A stretch of 64,000 bases of DNA. Source: Filimonas sp. (GTDB lineage Bacteria > Bacteroidota > Bacteroidia > Chitinophagales > Chitinophagaceae). The stretch's first letter is position 1, and every line of letters starts with the position of its first letter. Below the pieces are notes generated by a model. The model was not told the origin of the DNA and made no database searches. It saw only the letters and a program-made list of their open reading frames with translations. The DNA lies in NCBI GenBank assembly GCA_017306865.1, contig JAFKHH010000017.1, positions 35,453-99,452 of the forward strand, given 5' to 3'. A program made the translations under genes and the position numbers. Below are positions 1 to 10,611 of the stretch, piece after piece.

Positions 1-1
1 A

Positions 2-394
2 GCTGCTGACCAGACTGTAAAAGCAGGTTTAGGTATCAGCACTGCTATCGGCATAGGTGGTGACCCGATCATCGGTACACCTACTGTAGAAGCAGTAAAA
101 CTGTTGATGGAAGATCCTGAAACTGACGGTATCATCATGATAGGTGAGATCGGTGGTAGCATGGAAGCTGATGCTGCACGCTGGATCAAAGACAACCTGA
201 AAAAACCGGTTGTGGGTTTCATTGCTGGCCAGACAGCGCCTCCGGGCCGCCGTATGGGCCACGCTGGCGCAATCATTGGCGGTGCGGAAGATACGGCAGA
301 AGCTAAAATGAAGATTATGGCTGAGTGCGGTATCCACGTAGTAGCAAGCCCGGCTGACATTGGTAAAACAATGGCTGAAGCACTGAAAAAATAA
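2..394 (+). CDS. sucD: succinate--CoA ligase [ADP-forming] alpha subunit, C-terminal part (5-prime end lies outside the window)
   Basis: Frame 2 is open from the window edge. Translation ...[10 protein letters not shown]...MIGEIGGS...[15 protein letters not shown]...[10 protein letters not shown] matches the conserved SucD C-terminal CoA-ligase region. Stop at 392-394. Confidence 0.85.
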   Translation, partial: AADQTVKAGLGISTAIGIGGDPIIGTPTVEAVKLLMEDPETDGIIMIGEIGGSMEADAARWIKDNLKKPVVGFIAGQTAPPGRRMGHAGAIIGGAEDTAEAKMKIMAECGIHVVASPADIGKTMAEALKK

Positions 395-434
395 GTACTA
401 CTGGTTGGTAGCTAATACCAACACATCATATCAA

Positions 435-470
435 AAGCCCGTTAGTATTACTAACGGGCTTTTTCTTTTC
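435..470 (+). terminator. rho-independent terminator after sucD
   Basis: Hairpin aagcccgttag / ctaacgggctt followed by a T-run. Confidence 0.7.
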
Positions 471-595
471 GGGTAATAAGAATGTTAGAATTTTCATAAC
501 TATTACCTGTGGCGTTGACATTTCTGTTTAAAACGCTAATCTTGTGTCAGAATATAATTATACAAAAGGTTGTATTCTATCATTGGGGGTTAAAA

Positions 596-628
596 GAGCC
601 CGTGGTTTTCAACCATGGGCTTTTTTCA
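596..628 (+). terminator. second hairpin with T-tract (tandem terminator, or attenuator upstream of the a2m gene)
   Basis: gagcccgtgg ... ccatgggc followed by tttttt. Confidence 0.5.
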
Positions 629-682
629 TGTATTACATTTGTGTAATTCTAAACAGAAGGGCATCTCTTTTGTTTTGAAACA

Positions 683-3600
683 ATGTATTTTGATCAATAC
701 AAACTATCTCTAATGAAAAGCAAACTACTAGCACTATCCTGTACTGTTCTCTCGTTCACTACATCGTTTGGACAATCGAAAGACACCACGTTCAAAGCTC
801 AATGGAAAGAAATAGATTCCCTGATCTACAAAGCCAGTCTGCCAAAGACAGCAGAAACAAAAATTGATGCCATATATCAGCAGGCGACCGCACGCAAGAT
901 CCAGTCACAGGTCATAAAAGCTGTATGGTATAAAGTAATACTGCGCAGCGGGCTGACGGAGAAAGGAACACGGGCAAGTCTTGACCTGCTGCAAAAAGAG
1001 ATTGACAAAACCACCTCGCCTGTTGCCTTAAGTGTGCTGAAAGTAATGCAGGCGAAAGAGTATAACAAATACTACCAGCAAAACAGGTGGAACCTGGGGA
1101 ACCGCACTAATACAACAGAAAAAAGTGGTGCTGACTTTACTGCATGGACAGAAAATGATTTCCGCAATACGATCAGTAAATTATACAACCAGGCTTTAGC
1201 CAACGAAAGCATACTAAAGCATACGTCCTCCAATGTGTATGGCAGCATTCTTACAGATACCTTCAACCTGCGCAACCGTCCTACTATGTACGACGTAATT
1301 GTTCGTGACAACATAGATTATTACAAGCAGGCATTGGGCTACTACAACAGGACCATCACAGACTCTGTAACACTGGGTACTACACCAGTCTTTCTTGCAA
1401 AAACTTTTTCATTAGACAATGAGAGCCAAACTGCAATTGCAAAATTGCTGCAACAGCTTTTAGCATTTCATGAAAAAGATGCAGACAAAAACATTTTTGC
1501 ACTCACTGATATAGACAGGCTAAGCTGGTTTTACCAGTCTGTTTCTTTTGAAAATAAAGAAATGACTTACAGGGCATCGCTACAATACCTGGCAGAGCAA
1601 TATTCAAATACAGCGGCAGCAGATATGGCTTGGTATCTTATAGCAAGTCGCATGGTAAACGATGGCACATCAAAGTATGACCCGCTTGGCGATACTACGC
1701 ACAGGTACGATCTTGTAAAAGCAAAGCAATTACTGGAGGAAAAAATTGCCAAAGCAAAAGATAGCGATGGCAAACGAAATATGCAGGCGCTCCTTCGCTC
1801 TATACATGAAGAGAACTTACAAACGCAGATTGAAAAAGTTAATGTCCCGAACAAACCTTTTCGTTTATCGCTACAATACAAAAACGTAGACACCTTATTT
1901 ATCCGCATATTTAAAGTCCCTACTGTCTTAAAGGCTGAGGAAGATTATGATGCTACTGCCAATAAAAAAATATTAAAACAGGCTCCGTACAAAACATACT
2001 ATCAAATACTGCCACAAACAGGCGATTACCAAAACCATCGCGTAGAATTAAAAGTGGATGCCTTACCGGCAGGCTCTTATGTGCTAGCCGGATCAAATGG
2101 CAACAAGTTCGACTCTACAAATTTTATTGTACGCCAGAACTTTTCTGTATCTGCAATCAGTTATATACAGAACAACAAAGACTACTTTGTACTTAACCGT
2201 GAAAGTGGCCAGCCGCTGAAGAAAGTAAAAGTAAAAGGCAAACAATCTACCTGGAACGCAGACAAAAACAAATACACTTATTCAGATCTCTTTACAGATG
2301 AAACCGATGATAAAGGTTACTTCAGGGTAAATAATTATACAAATGGCAGGGATGTGATCTTAGGTTTTATAATGCCAGGCGACACATTGCAACTACAGCA
2401 GGTACAATACTATTACACAACAGAAAAAAATACGGCAAAATCTGAATACCAGGACATCTATTTTTATACGGACAGAGGCATTTACCGTCCTGCACAAACT
2501 GTATATTTCAAAGGGATCATCGTAGTCCGGGACAGGAACAACATTGCTGACCCAGCCTTATACAAATCGAAAGACAGCGTTACCGTACTCCTGCAAAATG
2601 CAAACAGGATACAGATTGATTCTATCCGTTGTGCAGTAAATGAATTTGGCGCTATTTCCGGCAAGTTCAAACTGCCAGCAAACACGATGACGGGGTCTTT
2701 TTCTTTGTCAACAAAAACCGCCTATAACAGTACGTTCTTTTCTGTAGAAGAATACAAAAGGCCAACCTATTCCGTATCGTTTGATACGCTTAGCAAACCA
2801 TACAAATTAAACGACAGCATTACAGTTACAGGCAAGCTGATGTCTTATGCACAAGCTGCAGTTAATGGCGCTGATCTAAAATATACAGTTACGCGTAACA
2901 CCCGCTACCCGTACCCCTGGCTTTTCAGGAACGCATACGTTCCTTACAGCCGGAGTGAGCAAGTAGCCGCAGGTACTGCAAAGAGTAATGCGGACGGTAC
3001 GTTTAGCATCAGCTTCAAAGCTATTCCCGATAACGCTGCAGACAAGAAGAATGACCCTGTATTTAATTACAGCATACAACTAACTGCAACAGATGCAAAT
3101 GGCGAAACAAGAGAAGGCAGCATGACTGTAAGGGCCGCATACAAAGCCTTTGAATTAGAAATGAATGTTCCTGCCTGTATAGAGGCACGGGATTTTAAAC
3201 AGATAGCGGTTACTACACAGAATATGGCTGGTAAAAAAGTACCTGCACAGGTTACCATCAGCGTATATCCGCTGGAAATGCCTGCAACATATGTAAGAAC
3301 ACGGCTTTGGCAAAGACCTGACCTGTATATCTTAGATAAGGCGAACTACAAACAATTGTTTCCGCACGATGAGTATGACAACGAAAGCGATGAGAAAACA
3401 TGGCTGCGCAAACCTGCAGTAGTACAAAAGACGATTAACACTGCCAATACAGATTCTGCAGCCCTGGACAAACAACCCGATGCCGGCTATTACATCATTA
3501 CTGCATCTGCAAAAGATGAGAGCGGCGTAGAGATCAGGGATGAGCAACTGGTAAAAGTGTACAACACCAATAGCCCTTTGCTAGACATACCGGCGTACTC

Positions 3601-6600
3601 CTGGAATGATAATTCGTCCAGGCAGGTAACGGATAAAGATTCTGCCAATGTAACCATTGGCTCATCTGCACCTGATGTTTTCATTATCACCAAATTTTCC
3701 AACAGTGATAAATATGAATTTTATACGCTGAACAATAGTAAAAAAACAATTAGCAGGAAGATTCAGCAGAAAGATAAGGGTATAGACCTGCTATATGCGT
3801 TTGTGAAAGACAACCGCCTATATCAGCAGTCAATGTCTTTTAGCAGATCACTTAAAGAAAAGGCATTAGACATTACGTATCATACGTTCAGAAATAAAAC
3901 ACTGCCAGGAGCCAAAGAAACATGGTCGGTAAACATCAAAAACAATAAAGGGGAAAAAGCAAATGCAGAATTGCTGACGGCAATGTACGATGCATCTCTC
4001 GACCAGATAACTGGGATGGAATGGCGCACGCCTTATATATGGAATTACCCTGGCGCCTATGCTTACTGGAACGCTGGCGATAATTTTTCCGCAGGCTATG
4101 GCGCAGTAGAATATAATCCAAACCTGCAATTTTTTAATTTCTCTCACGACATGAACGCTGACGTTGTCGTTGCCGGCTACGCCAGCAAGAACTTGCGATT
4201 AAAAGCAGCCCCTGCACCAACTGTACAAGCTGATAATATAAGTGAAGAGAAAGTAATGGCTCAGGATCTTAACGGATCTGGGTCGAAAGTACTTATAAGA
4301 GGCGCTTCATCACTCTCTGGCGCAGCTCCGCTATATGTAGTAGACGGAGAGCTGCGGACAGATGCCAATGTATCGCCGGATGATATTGCCTCTACTACTG
4401 TTTTGACCGGAGCACAGGCTGTTGCCTTGTATGGCTCCCGTGCCAACAATGGTGTAATTGTAATAACAACCAAAGGAGGCGGAAAAAATGCAACACAAAC
4501 AATTCGTAAAAATTTTAACGAAACTGCATTCTTTTTCCCGGCTGTGCATGCAGATACTGCCGGTAATTATACCATCTCCTTCACCATGCCAGAGGCACTA
4601 ACGCAATGGAAATGGATGTCTCTTGCCCATACAAAAGACCTGGCGTTTGGTTATAACCAAACACTCGTAGTAACACAAAAAGAATTGATGGCACAATTAA
4701 ACCTGCCACGATTCCTGCGCAATGGAGATAAAATAGAATTGAGCGCGAAGATCAGCAACACAGGCAGCAAAGAATACACCGGCCAGGCACACATACAGCT
4801 CATTAACCCGGAAACGAATCAGCCGCTGGATGGATTATTCCAGAATGTATTCCCAGACCAGTATTTCACTGTTGCTGCCGGGCAAAGCAGCGTGGTGAAG
4901 TTCCCTGTTTCTGTTCCGTACAATTTTACACAACCCGTAATTGTGCGTGTAACTGCTGCATCGGGAGATATGAATGACGGAGAAGAATACACATTACCTA
5001 TTCTGTCTAACAGGATATTGGTTACTGAATCGCTTCCATTTCTTGTAAAAGGCGACACCACTGCGCACTTTACTTTTACCAAACTAGCAAACACACAAAG
5101 CGAAACATTAAAAACACAAAACCTTACAGTAGAGTACACGCCTAATCCTGTTTGGTCTGCAATACAGGCATTACCATACTTATCTGAATACCCTTATGAA
5201 TGTGCAGAGCAAACATTCAACAGGTTTTATGCAAATGCACTGGCGTCTTATATAGTGAAGAAAAATCCTGCACTGAAAGCAGTCTTTGATCAGTGGCAGA
5301 AAGATACTACAGCTTTACAAAGCCCACTGGAACAAAATCCGGAGCTGAAACAAATATTATTGCAGGAAACCCCTTGGGTATTGGCAGCAGGCAATGAAAC
5401 ACAGCAACGCAAAAATATAGCCATGCTGTTCGATATTGCAAAGATGTCCGGTAACCTGAAATCTACTATTGACAAGTTGAAAGCGATGCAACTGCCAAGC
5501 GGTGGTTTCCCCTGGTTTAAAGATGGACGTGAAGACAGGTATATTACACAATACATTTTAACAGGCATCGCACGACTGACCAGGTTGAATGCCATACCTG
5601 CGGACCAGGCAAGTGACCTCCAAAATATATCCACAAAAGCATTGCAATATGCAGACAAGGAAATGAATGGAGAATATGACAGGTTGATAAAAAATAAAGC
5701 CGATCTCAAGTCAAATAATCTTAGCTCCTTCCAGGTTCAGTATCTGTACATGCGTAGCTACTTTAGTAACCCGGTACAAGTAAAAACTGCCTACAATTAT
5801 TATTACCAGCAGGCAATGCAATATTGGCAAAGTCAAAGCAGCTATATGAAAGCAATGATCGCATTTGCTTTGCTGAATACAAACCAGGAAACTTTTGCAC
5901 TTTCAAGAGTGATCCCTTCCATAGAAGAGAATGCTGTAGAAACAAAAGATAAAGGCATGTATTGGAAAGATGCACAATATGGCTACTACTGGTACAATGC
6001 ACCTATTGAGCAACAGGCACTGCTGATAGAACTAGCAAAAGCGGCCGTAGCAAAACAAGCGGGTAATAAGTTCGGCAACAAGGCGCAGGACATGTTAACA
6101 TGGCTCATATTGCAAAAGCAAACAAACAATTGGAAAACGACAAAAGCAACTGCTGATGCATGCTATGCTTTGCTGCTAGACAATAAACTATCTGCACAAA
6201 ACAGAACGGCAACTATACAGCTAGGCAACTATACAGTAGCCGGCGCTACAGGAAAACAAACTGCGGGCAGCGGTTATTTTAAAACAACAATCGGCGGTGA
6301 AAAAGTGCAGCCATCTATGGGCAATATTACAGTAACCACTACTGGCGGTGCTAACAATAGTATCTCCTACGGAGCAGTGTACTGGCAATATTTTGAAGAT
6401 ATAGATAAAGTAACGCCTTCATCCTCCCCATTGTCTGTAAAAAAACGTTTGTTTATCGAAGACAACACAGGAAAAGAAAAAGTGCTGAAACCTGTGGCAG
6501 AGAACCAGGAATTGAAAGCCGGAGACAAAATCACAGTGCGTTTGGAATTACGCAGCGATCGTGATATGGAATACATACACCTGAAAGATATGCGCGCTGC

Positions 6601-6847
6601 AAGCATGGAGCCAGTAAACGTACTCAGCAGTTATAAATGGCAGGATGGGCTGGGCTACTATGAGGCAACAAAAGATGCAAGCACCAACTTCTTCTTCAGC
6701 AATATCCGCAAAGGCACGTATGTATTTGACTATTCATTGTATGTAACACATACAGGCACGTTCAGCAGTGGCATTGCAACAGTACAATGTATGTATGCGC
6801 CGGAGTTTACCAGCAATAGTGAATCTATAAAAGTAAATGTGAAGTAG
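683..6847 (+). CDS. alpha-2-macroglobulin family protein (large secreted thioester-type protein). The true start may be the Met at 713.
   Basis: 2054-aa ORF with an N-terminal signal peptide (MKSKLLALSCTVLSF). Thioester-type motif YPYECAEQTF. Overall size and composition fit a bacterial A2M with MG domains. An internal SusC-like TonB-box/plug motif is present: IRGASSLSGAAPLYVVDG...ALYGSRANNGVIVITTKGGG. Confidence 0.8.
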   Translation: MYFDQYKLSLMKSKLLALSCTVLSFTTSFGQSKDTTFKAQWKEIDSLIYKASLPKTAETKIDAIYQQATARKIQSQVIKAVWYKVILRSGLTEKGTRASLDLLQKEIDKTTSPVALSVLKVMQAKEYNKYYQQNRWNLGNRTNTTEKSGADFTAWTENDFRNTISKLYNQALANESILKHTSSNVYGSILTDTFNLRNRPTMYDVIVRDNIDYYKQALGYYNRTITDSVTLGTTPVFLAKTFSLDNESQTAIAKLLQQLLAFHEKDADKNIFALTDIDRLSWFYQSVSFENKEMTYRASLQYLAEQYSNTAAADMAWYLIASRMVNDGTSKYDPLGDTTHRYDLVKAKQLLEEKIAKAKDSDGKRNMQALLRSIHEENLQTQIEKVNVPNKPFRLSLQYKNVDTLFIRIFKVPTVLKAEEDYDATANKKILKQAPYKTYYQILPQTGDYQNHRVELKVDALPAGSYVLAGSNGNKFDSTNFIVRQNFSVSAISYIQNNKDYFVLNRESGQPLKKVKVKGKQSTWNADKNKYTYSDLFTDETDDKGYFRVNNYTNGRDVILGFIMPGDTLQLQQVQYYYTTEKNTAKSEYQDIYFYTDRGIYRPAQTVYFKGIIVVRDRNNIADPALYKSKDSVTVLLQNANRIQIDSIRCAVNEFGAISGKFKLPANTMTGSFSLSTKTAYNSTFFSVEEYKRPTYSVSFDTLSKPYKLNDSITVTGKLMSYAQAAVNGADLKYTVTRNTRYPYPWLFRNAYVPYSRSEQVAAGTAKSNADGTFSISFKAIPDNAADKKNDPVFNYSIQLTATDANGETREGSMTVRAAYKAFELEMNVPACIEARDFKQIAVTTQNMAGKKVPAQVTISVYPLEMPATYVRTRLWQRPDLYILDKANYKQLFPHDEYDNESDEKTWLRKPAVVQKTINTANTDSAALDKQPDAGYYIITASAKDESGVEIRDEQLVKVYNTNSPLLDIPAYSWNDNSSRQVTDKDSANVTIGSSAPDVFIITKFSNSDKYEFYTLNNSKKTISRKIQQKDKGIDLLYAFVKDNRLYQQSMSFSRSLKEKALDITYHTFRNKTLPGAKETWSVNIKNNKGEKANAELLTAMYDASLDQITGMEWRTPYIWNYPGAYAYWNAGDNFSAGYGAVEYNPNLQFFNFSHDMNADVVVAGYASKNLRLKAAPAPTVQADNISEEKVMAQDLNGSGSKVLIRGASSLSGAAPLYVVDGELRTDANVSPDDIASTTVLTGAQAVALYGSRANNGVIVITTKGGGKNATQTIRKNFNETAFFFPAVHADTAGNYTISFTMPEALTQWKWMSLAHTKDLAFGYNQTLVVTQKELMAQLNLPRFLRNGDKIELSAKISNTGSKEYTGQAHIQLINPETNQPLDGLFQNVFPDQYFTVAAGQSSVVKFPVSVPYNFTQPVIVRVTAASGDMNDGEEYTLPILSNRILVTESLPFLVKGDTTAHFTFTKLANTQSETLKTQNLTVEYTPNPVWSAIQALPYLSEYPYECAEQTFNRFYANALASYIVKKNPALKAVFDQWQKDTTALQSPLEQNPELKQILLQETPWVLAAGNETQQRKNIAMLFDIAKMSGNLKSTIDKLKAMQLPSGGFPWFKDGREDRYITQYILTGIARLTRLNAIPADQASDLQNISTKALQYADKEMNGEYDRLIKNKADLKSNNLSSFQVQYLYMRSYFSNPVQVKTAYNYYYQQAMQYWQSQSSYMKAMIAFALLNTNQETFALSRVIPSIEENAVETKDKGMYWKDAQYGYYWYNAPIEQQALLIELAKAAVAKQAGNKFGNKAQDMLTWLILQKQTNNWKTTKATADACYALLLDNKLSAQNRTATIQLGNYTVAGATGKQTAGSGYFKTTIGGEKVQPSMGNITVTTTGGANNSISYGAVYWQYFEDIDKVTPSSSPLSVKKRLFIEDNTGKEKVLKPVAENQELKAGDKITVRLELRSDRDMEYIHLKDMRAASMEPVNVLSSYKWQDGLGYYEATKDASTNFFFSNIRKGTYVFDYSLYVTHTGTFSSGIATVQCMYAPEFTSNSESIKVNVK

Positions 6848-6872
6848 ACTTTAACACATAGGAGCATAAAAT

Positions 6873-6932
6873 ACTTTCAGGGTTTACAAGTTTCAACGTT
6901 TTAAATGAAATTTGTAAACCCTGAAACTTTTG
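6873..6932. repeat. palindromic intergenic element, GTTTCAA-type (family 5). Likely a bidirectional terminator or REP-like element.
   Basis: Inverted repeat tttcagggtttacaa / ttgtaaaccctgaaa. Related gtttcaa(c/t)gtttcaa motifs occur at 25191-25272, 34266-34300 and 34459-34492. Confidence 0.6.
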
Positions 6933-7055
6933 AGATGGATCTCCTGTAGTAACAATTTGACAACTCGCCTATTTAACCTTCTTCTTACCAAATACATTTC
7001 GAAATTTTCAAATTTTAAAATTACTTTGTGGCAGACCATTTTGACCACTGTATTT

Positions 7056-8114
7056 ATGTACGATTATATTATTGTAGGGCAAGGCATTTGCGGCACGTTC
7101 CTGAGCTGGAACCTGGTAAAGGAAGGAAAGAAAGTATTGGTAATAGACGAATCACAACCCTTCTCTTCCACTAAGGTTGCCAGTGGCGTTATTAACCCGG
7201 TTACCGGCAGGCAGGTTGTTACCACATGGATGGCAGACGACCTTTTACCATTTGTATTAAAAGAATGCCACGATATAGGATCTGATATTGGCGTAATGGT
7301 CATCTTTCAAAAAAACATACAGTCGTTTCCTCCTTCGTTGCAGATGCGACAGATGTACGATAAAAAAATAGATGAAAATAATTTTATACAACCCGTACCG
7401 GAAGTAACGCTTACGAAATATCAGCAATACTTCAACTTCATGTACGGCTGCATACAAATAGATCCATGTTATTTTATAGACCTGCACACACTTCTCAAAG
7501 GCTGGCGTCAGCAACTGAAAGATAAGGATGCATTGCTGGAAGAGCGGTTTGACTCTTCAAAACTTACCATCAATGCAAGCAGTGTTGTATATGAAAACCA
7601 TACAGCAGAAAAACTGATCTTCTGCAATGGCATTAACGCATACTCAGAACCTTACTGGAGCAGGCTGCCTTATGTAATGAATAAAGGACAGGCTTTAGTA
7701 GTAGACATACCTGATCTGCCTCAGGATGTAATTTACAAATTTGGCGCTATGACCTTTGTGCCCTGGTACGATAACCTGTGGTGGGTAGGCAGCAGTTATG
7801 AAAATGATTTTGAAAACAGCCTTCCTTCTGAAGGTTTCAGAAAAAATACAGAAACCGCGTTAAAGAATGTATTGAAGCTTCCGTTCACTATATGCGATCA
7901 CATTGCAGGCATCAGACCCGCAACTGTAGAGCGCAGGCCATTTGTCGGACTTCATCCGCAAAAGCCGTCCATCGGCATCTTTGATGGTATGGGAACCAAA
8001 GGCTGCTCGCTAGCTCCTTATTTCGCACACCAGCTTACGCAACATCTCCTGCACGGCACCCCTATCAATGCCGAAGGTGATGTAAGCCGCTTCGCGAAAG
8101 TATTGGCGAGATGA
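7056..8114 (+). CDS. FAD-dependent oxidoreductase (DAO / glycine-oxidase-like)
   Basis: N-terminal dinucleotide-binding motif YDYIIVGQGICGTFLSWNL...VLVIDE. The start was moved in to the Met at 7056 because the upstream part of the ORF is low-complexity. Confidence 0.7.
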   Translation: MYDYIIVGQGICGTFLSWNLVKEGKKVLVIDESQPFSSTKVASGVINPVTGRQVVTTWMADDLLPFVLKECHDIGSDIGVMVIFQKNIQSFPPSLQMRQMYDKKIDENNFIQPVPEVTLTKYQQYFNFMYGCIQIDPCYFIDLHTLLKGWRQQLKDKDALLEERFDSSKLTINASSVVYENHTAEKLIFCNGINAYSEPYWSRLPYVMNKGQALVVDIPDLPQDVIYKFGAMTFVPWYDNLWWVGSSYENDFENSLPSEGFRKNTETALKNVLKLPFTICDHIAGIRPATVERRPFVGLHPQKPSIGIFDGMGTKGCSLAPYFAHQLTQHLLHGTPINAEGDVSRFAKVLAR

Positions 8115-8193
8115 ATTTGAAATTTGAGATTTAATATTTGAGATTGGCTATGCAGCCAAAGATGTTCCATTTCAAATCTCAAATTTCAAATCC
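8113..8193. repeat. palindromic repeat family 1 (GATTTGAAATTTGAGATTT ... AAATCTCAAATTTCAAATC)
   Basis: Inverted-repeat arms flank a 20-nt spacer. The same element is seen at 21603-21688, 39237-39311 and 40085-40258. Confidence 0.7.
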
Positions 8194-8230
8194 GTATTTT
8201 TCTATATTTTCGGCGCACCAAACTACTTAC

Positions 8231-8641
8231 ATGAACAATTCTCCCAACACAGAAAGTGTGTATAAGATACCCCTGCGCTATAGAAAAATGGAGAACCTGC
8301 ACATTGTTTTCTGGCTCTTCAAAGACATCGGCTGGTGCCTCATCTGGAAGCCATTGGGCATAGTCATGATCTTTCCTACCCTCATTATCTCAATCGTGAT
8401 CGCATATCGCACCAGGCAGTTTATGTCTGAGCTTTGCCACAACCTCGCCATTACATTATGGATCACCGCTAACTCCTACTGGATGATCAGCGAGTTCCTG
8501 CACTTCGATGCACAGGTAGTTACCGGAGAGATCACTTATAAACATTTAGCACTTATTCCCTTTGGGTTAGGTGTACTAGTGCTGGCATTCTATTATCTGT
8601 TCTGGAAAAGAAAACATCCGGAAGAATTGGAGACAATGTAA
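8231..8641 (+). CDS. hypothetical small integral membrane protein
   Basis: ORF with about 4 hydrophobic helices. Start chosen downstream of the family-1 repeat; the alternative start is 8288. Confidence 0.45.
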   Translation: MNNSPNTESVYKIPLRYRKMENLHIVFWLFKDIGWCLIWKPLGIVMIFPTLIISIVIAYRTRQFMSELCHNLAITLWITANSYWMISEFLHFDAQVVTGEITYKHLALIPFGLGVLVLAFYYLFWKRKHPEELETM

Positions 8642-8642
8642 T

Positions 8643-8668
8643 GGTGAGTGGTCAGTTGTCAGTTGTGA
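8643..8668. repeat. repeat family 3 (GTGAGTGGTCAGTTGTCAGTTGTGA)
   Basis: Near-identical copy at 30438-30466. Both copies sit immediately after a stop codon. Confidence 0.55.
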
Positions 8669-8735
8669 ATAGCAGTCATTAGGTCAATGGACAATAAGTC
8701 AAAACAATTTAACCATTCAACAATAAAACAATGCC

Positions 8736-9473
8736 CTAGCCAAAGTTCTTCCCCTCTATCGCGCCGAAAAACTGGTCTTTATATGTATCACCGATAGGTA
8801 TTACAACATCGCGGATAAAGATCCTGCTGCGCTCTATACTATCTATATGTTCCAGCGAAACAATGTATGACTTATGCACCCGCAAAAAACGGGGCTTCGG
8901 CAAGCCTTCTTCTATTACTTTCAGGCTTTCCAGCGTAATGATCTTTTCTGAAAGTGTATGTATAGCTATATAGTCTTTCAACCCCTCAATATACCGGATC
9001 TCCGACAGAAGTATTTTTACAATACGGCTATCTGTTTTTACAAATATAAAATCAGGTAACGCATTACCCGTAGCAACAATAGCCTGCGGCACCACTGGCG
9101 CCTGCTGTACAACAGGCGTATCTAAAAGATCTTTTGCCTTAGAAGCCGCTATATAAAAACGGTCAAACGAAATAGGCTTTAGCAGGTAATCTATTACATT
9201 ATGCTCATACCCGTCCAGCGCATATTCACTATACGCTGTTGTAAGGATCACACGCACTTTACCAGAGATGATCTTCATAAACTGTAAACCGGTTATCTCA
9301 GGCATCTGTATATCCAAGAACACAAGATCAACTTTTTCTTGTGGCAGGCGCTGCAATGCTTCTATGGCATTTTCTGTTGCAAACACCAGCTCAAGAAAGG
9401 GAACCTTCTTTATATAATCACTTAGCAATGCCAACGCCCAGGGCTCATCATCAACTACTATACACCTGATCAT
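8736..9473 (-). CDS. two-component response regulator, LytTR family (REC + LytTR DNA-binding domain)
   Basis: N-terminal receiver domain (IVVDDEPWALALL...DLVFLDIQMP) and C-terminal LytTR domain. The start overlaps the kinase stop. Confidence 0.85.
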   Translation of the reverse strand: MIRCIVVDDEPWALALLSDYIKKVPFLELVFATENAIEALQRLPQEKVDLVFLDIQMPEITGLQFMKIISGKVRVILTTAYSEYALDGYEHNVIDYLLKPISFDRFYIAASKAKDLLDTPVVQQAPVVPQAIVATGNALPDFIFVKTDSRIVKILLSEIRYIEGLKDYIAIHTLSEKIITLESLKVIEEGLPKPRFLRVHKSYIVSLEHIDSIERSRIFIRDVVIPIGDTYKDQFFGAIEGKNFG

Positions 9474-9474
9474 C

Positions 9475-10503
9475 TTATAATTTTATAGTAAGGTTACAAA
9501 TATAATATTCACTGTCCTGCTTTATATGCAACGTATGCTTATCCGGGTATAATAAAGCAAGCCGCTTTCTTACATTCTCCAGCCCAATACCACTAGACGT
9601 ATCTTTCTGATGCTGATTAATTTTGTTGTTTGTGTACAACAATAGCTCGCCCCGCTTTACCGTAATAGTAATAATAAAAGGATGTGCTGCGTTTGAAACC
9701 ACACCATGCTTAAACCCATTTTCGATAAAAGGTATCAGCAGTAAAGGCTCAATCATTATACCACCTGTTTCTCCCTCAACAGTTAGCGACACAGAAGCCG
9801 TACCTACTACCCGCAACGACTCCAGCTCTATAAAGCTTTTTATATAAGCAACCTCTTTAGACAATTCTATTTTATCAGCCGAAGACTCCTTCGTCATATA
9901 TCGCATCAACTCACTTAGTTTTAAAATTGCCGGCAATGCCTTTTCCGAAGAATGATATACCAGCGAATAAATATTATTAAGCGTGTTAAATAAAAAATGA
10001 GGATTTACCTGCTGGCGCAGGAAAGATAATTCCGCAGCCTTTTTCTCCTTCACTGCTGCGCTCAGTTGCCGCTTTAGCCCTGCCCAGTTTACAATAGCCC
10101 ATAATACTATGCTCATCATAATATTATTAATGCCATAATAACTATTATCAAAAGCGTAGTAAATAATGCCTACTCCCCTGTTGTAATTAGATATCTTAAA
10201 CCAATAATATAGCAACTGCTCTTCTATTACATATCGCAGACAAACGAAAAACACCAATAACAGGAACCAGCCGATCCATGCCTGCAATATTTTATCCTTC
10301 TTAAAATAACGCGGCATGATAAAAAGATAATTAATGTAAAACGTTCCCATGAATACAATATACTCTGCTACCCACAATGGCTTAAAGAACTTAGCTACAT
10401 TAAAATGATGTGTTGAATCAAATATTGTAAGAGAAATCTCACCCCAGGCATAGTAAAATAACCAATATAAGATGTGCAGTAAGATTTCGTATTTCTTTTT
10501 CAT
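9475..10503 (-). CDS. sensor histidine kinase, LytS/YehU-type (membrane, His_kinase domain)
   Basis: Five to six N-terminal TM helices, then the H-box motif VNPHFLFNTLNNIYSL. Operon with the LytTR regulator. Confidence 0.85.
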   Translation of the reverse strand: MKKKYEILLHILYWLFYYAWGEISLTIFDSTHHFNVAKFFKPLWVAEYIVFMGTFYINYLFIMPRYFKKDKILQAWIGWFLLLVFFVCLRYVIEEQLLYYWFKISNYNRGVGIIYYAFDNSYYGINNIMMSIVLWAIVNWAGLKRQLSAAVKEKKAAELSFLRQQVNPHFLFNTLNNIYSLVYHSSEKALPAILKLSELMRYMTKESSADKIELSKEVAYIKSFIELESLRVVGTASVSLTVEGETGGIMIEPLLLIPFIENGFKHGVVSNAAHPFIITITVKRGELLLYTNNKINQHQKDTSSGIGLENVRKRLALLYPDKHTLHIKQDSEYYICNLTIKL

Positions 10504-10536
10504 TTACCCGGATTAGAACATTTAAAAATAAGGACA

Positions 10537-10611
10537 ACGCCCCGTTTTTCTCTGGTTAAAAGTAGTTTGCCCCCTACCTAACCCCGTTTCTTTTCTACGA
10601 ACGCCCCATTT
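10537..10611. promoter_or_regulatory. direct repeats aacgCCCCGTTT / aaCCCCGTTT / aacgCCCCATTT spaced about 42 and 21 bp apart in the divergent promoter region. Candidate LytTR-regulator binding sites.
   Basis: Three copies seen directly in the sequence between the kinase/regulator operon and the outer-membrane barrel gene. LytTR regulators typically bind imperfect direct repeats at about two-helical-turn spacing. Confidence 0.4.

Noticed and set aside
6930-7055. Long N-terminal extension of the FAD-oxidoreductase ORF (start at 6930), and similar extensions for the MarR, deoxyribonucleotidase, YiaAB, SDR, Dam and sialidase ORFs.
   Set aside because: The extensions are low-complexity and run through the promoter or repeat sequence. 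Conserved N-terminal motifs such as the Rossmann fold begin right after an internal Met, so starts were trimmed.
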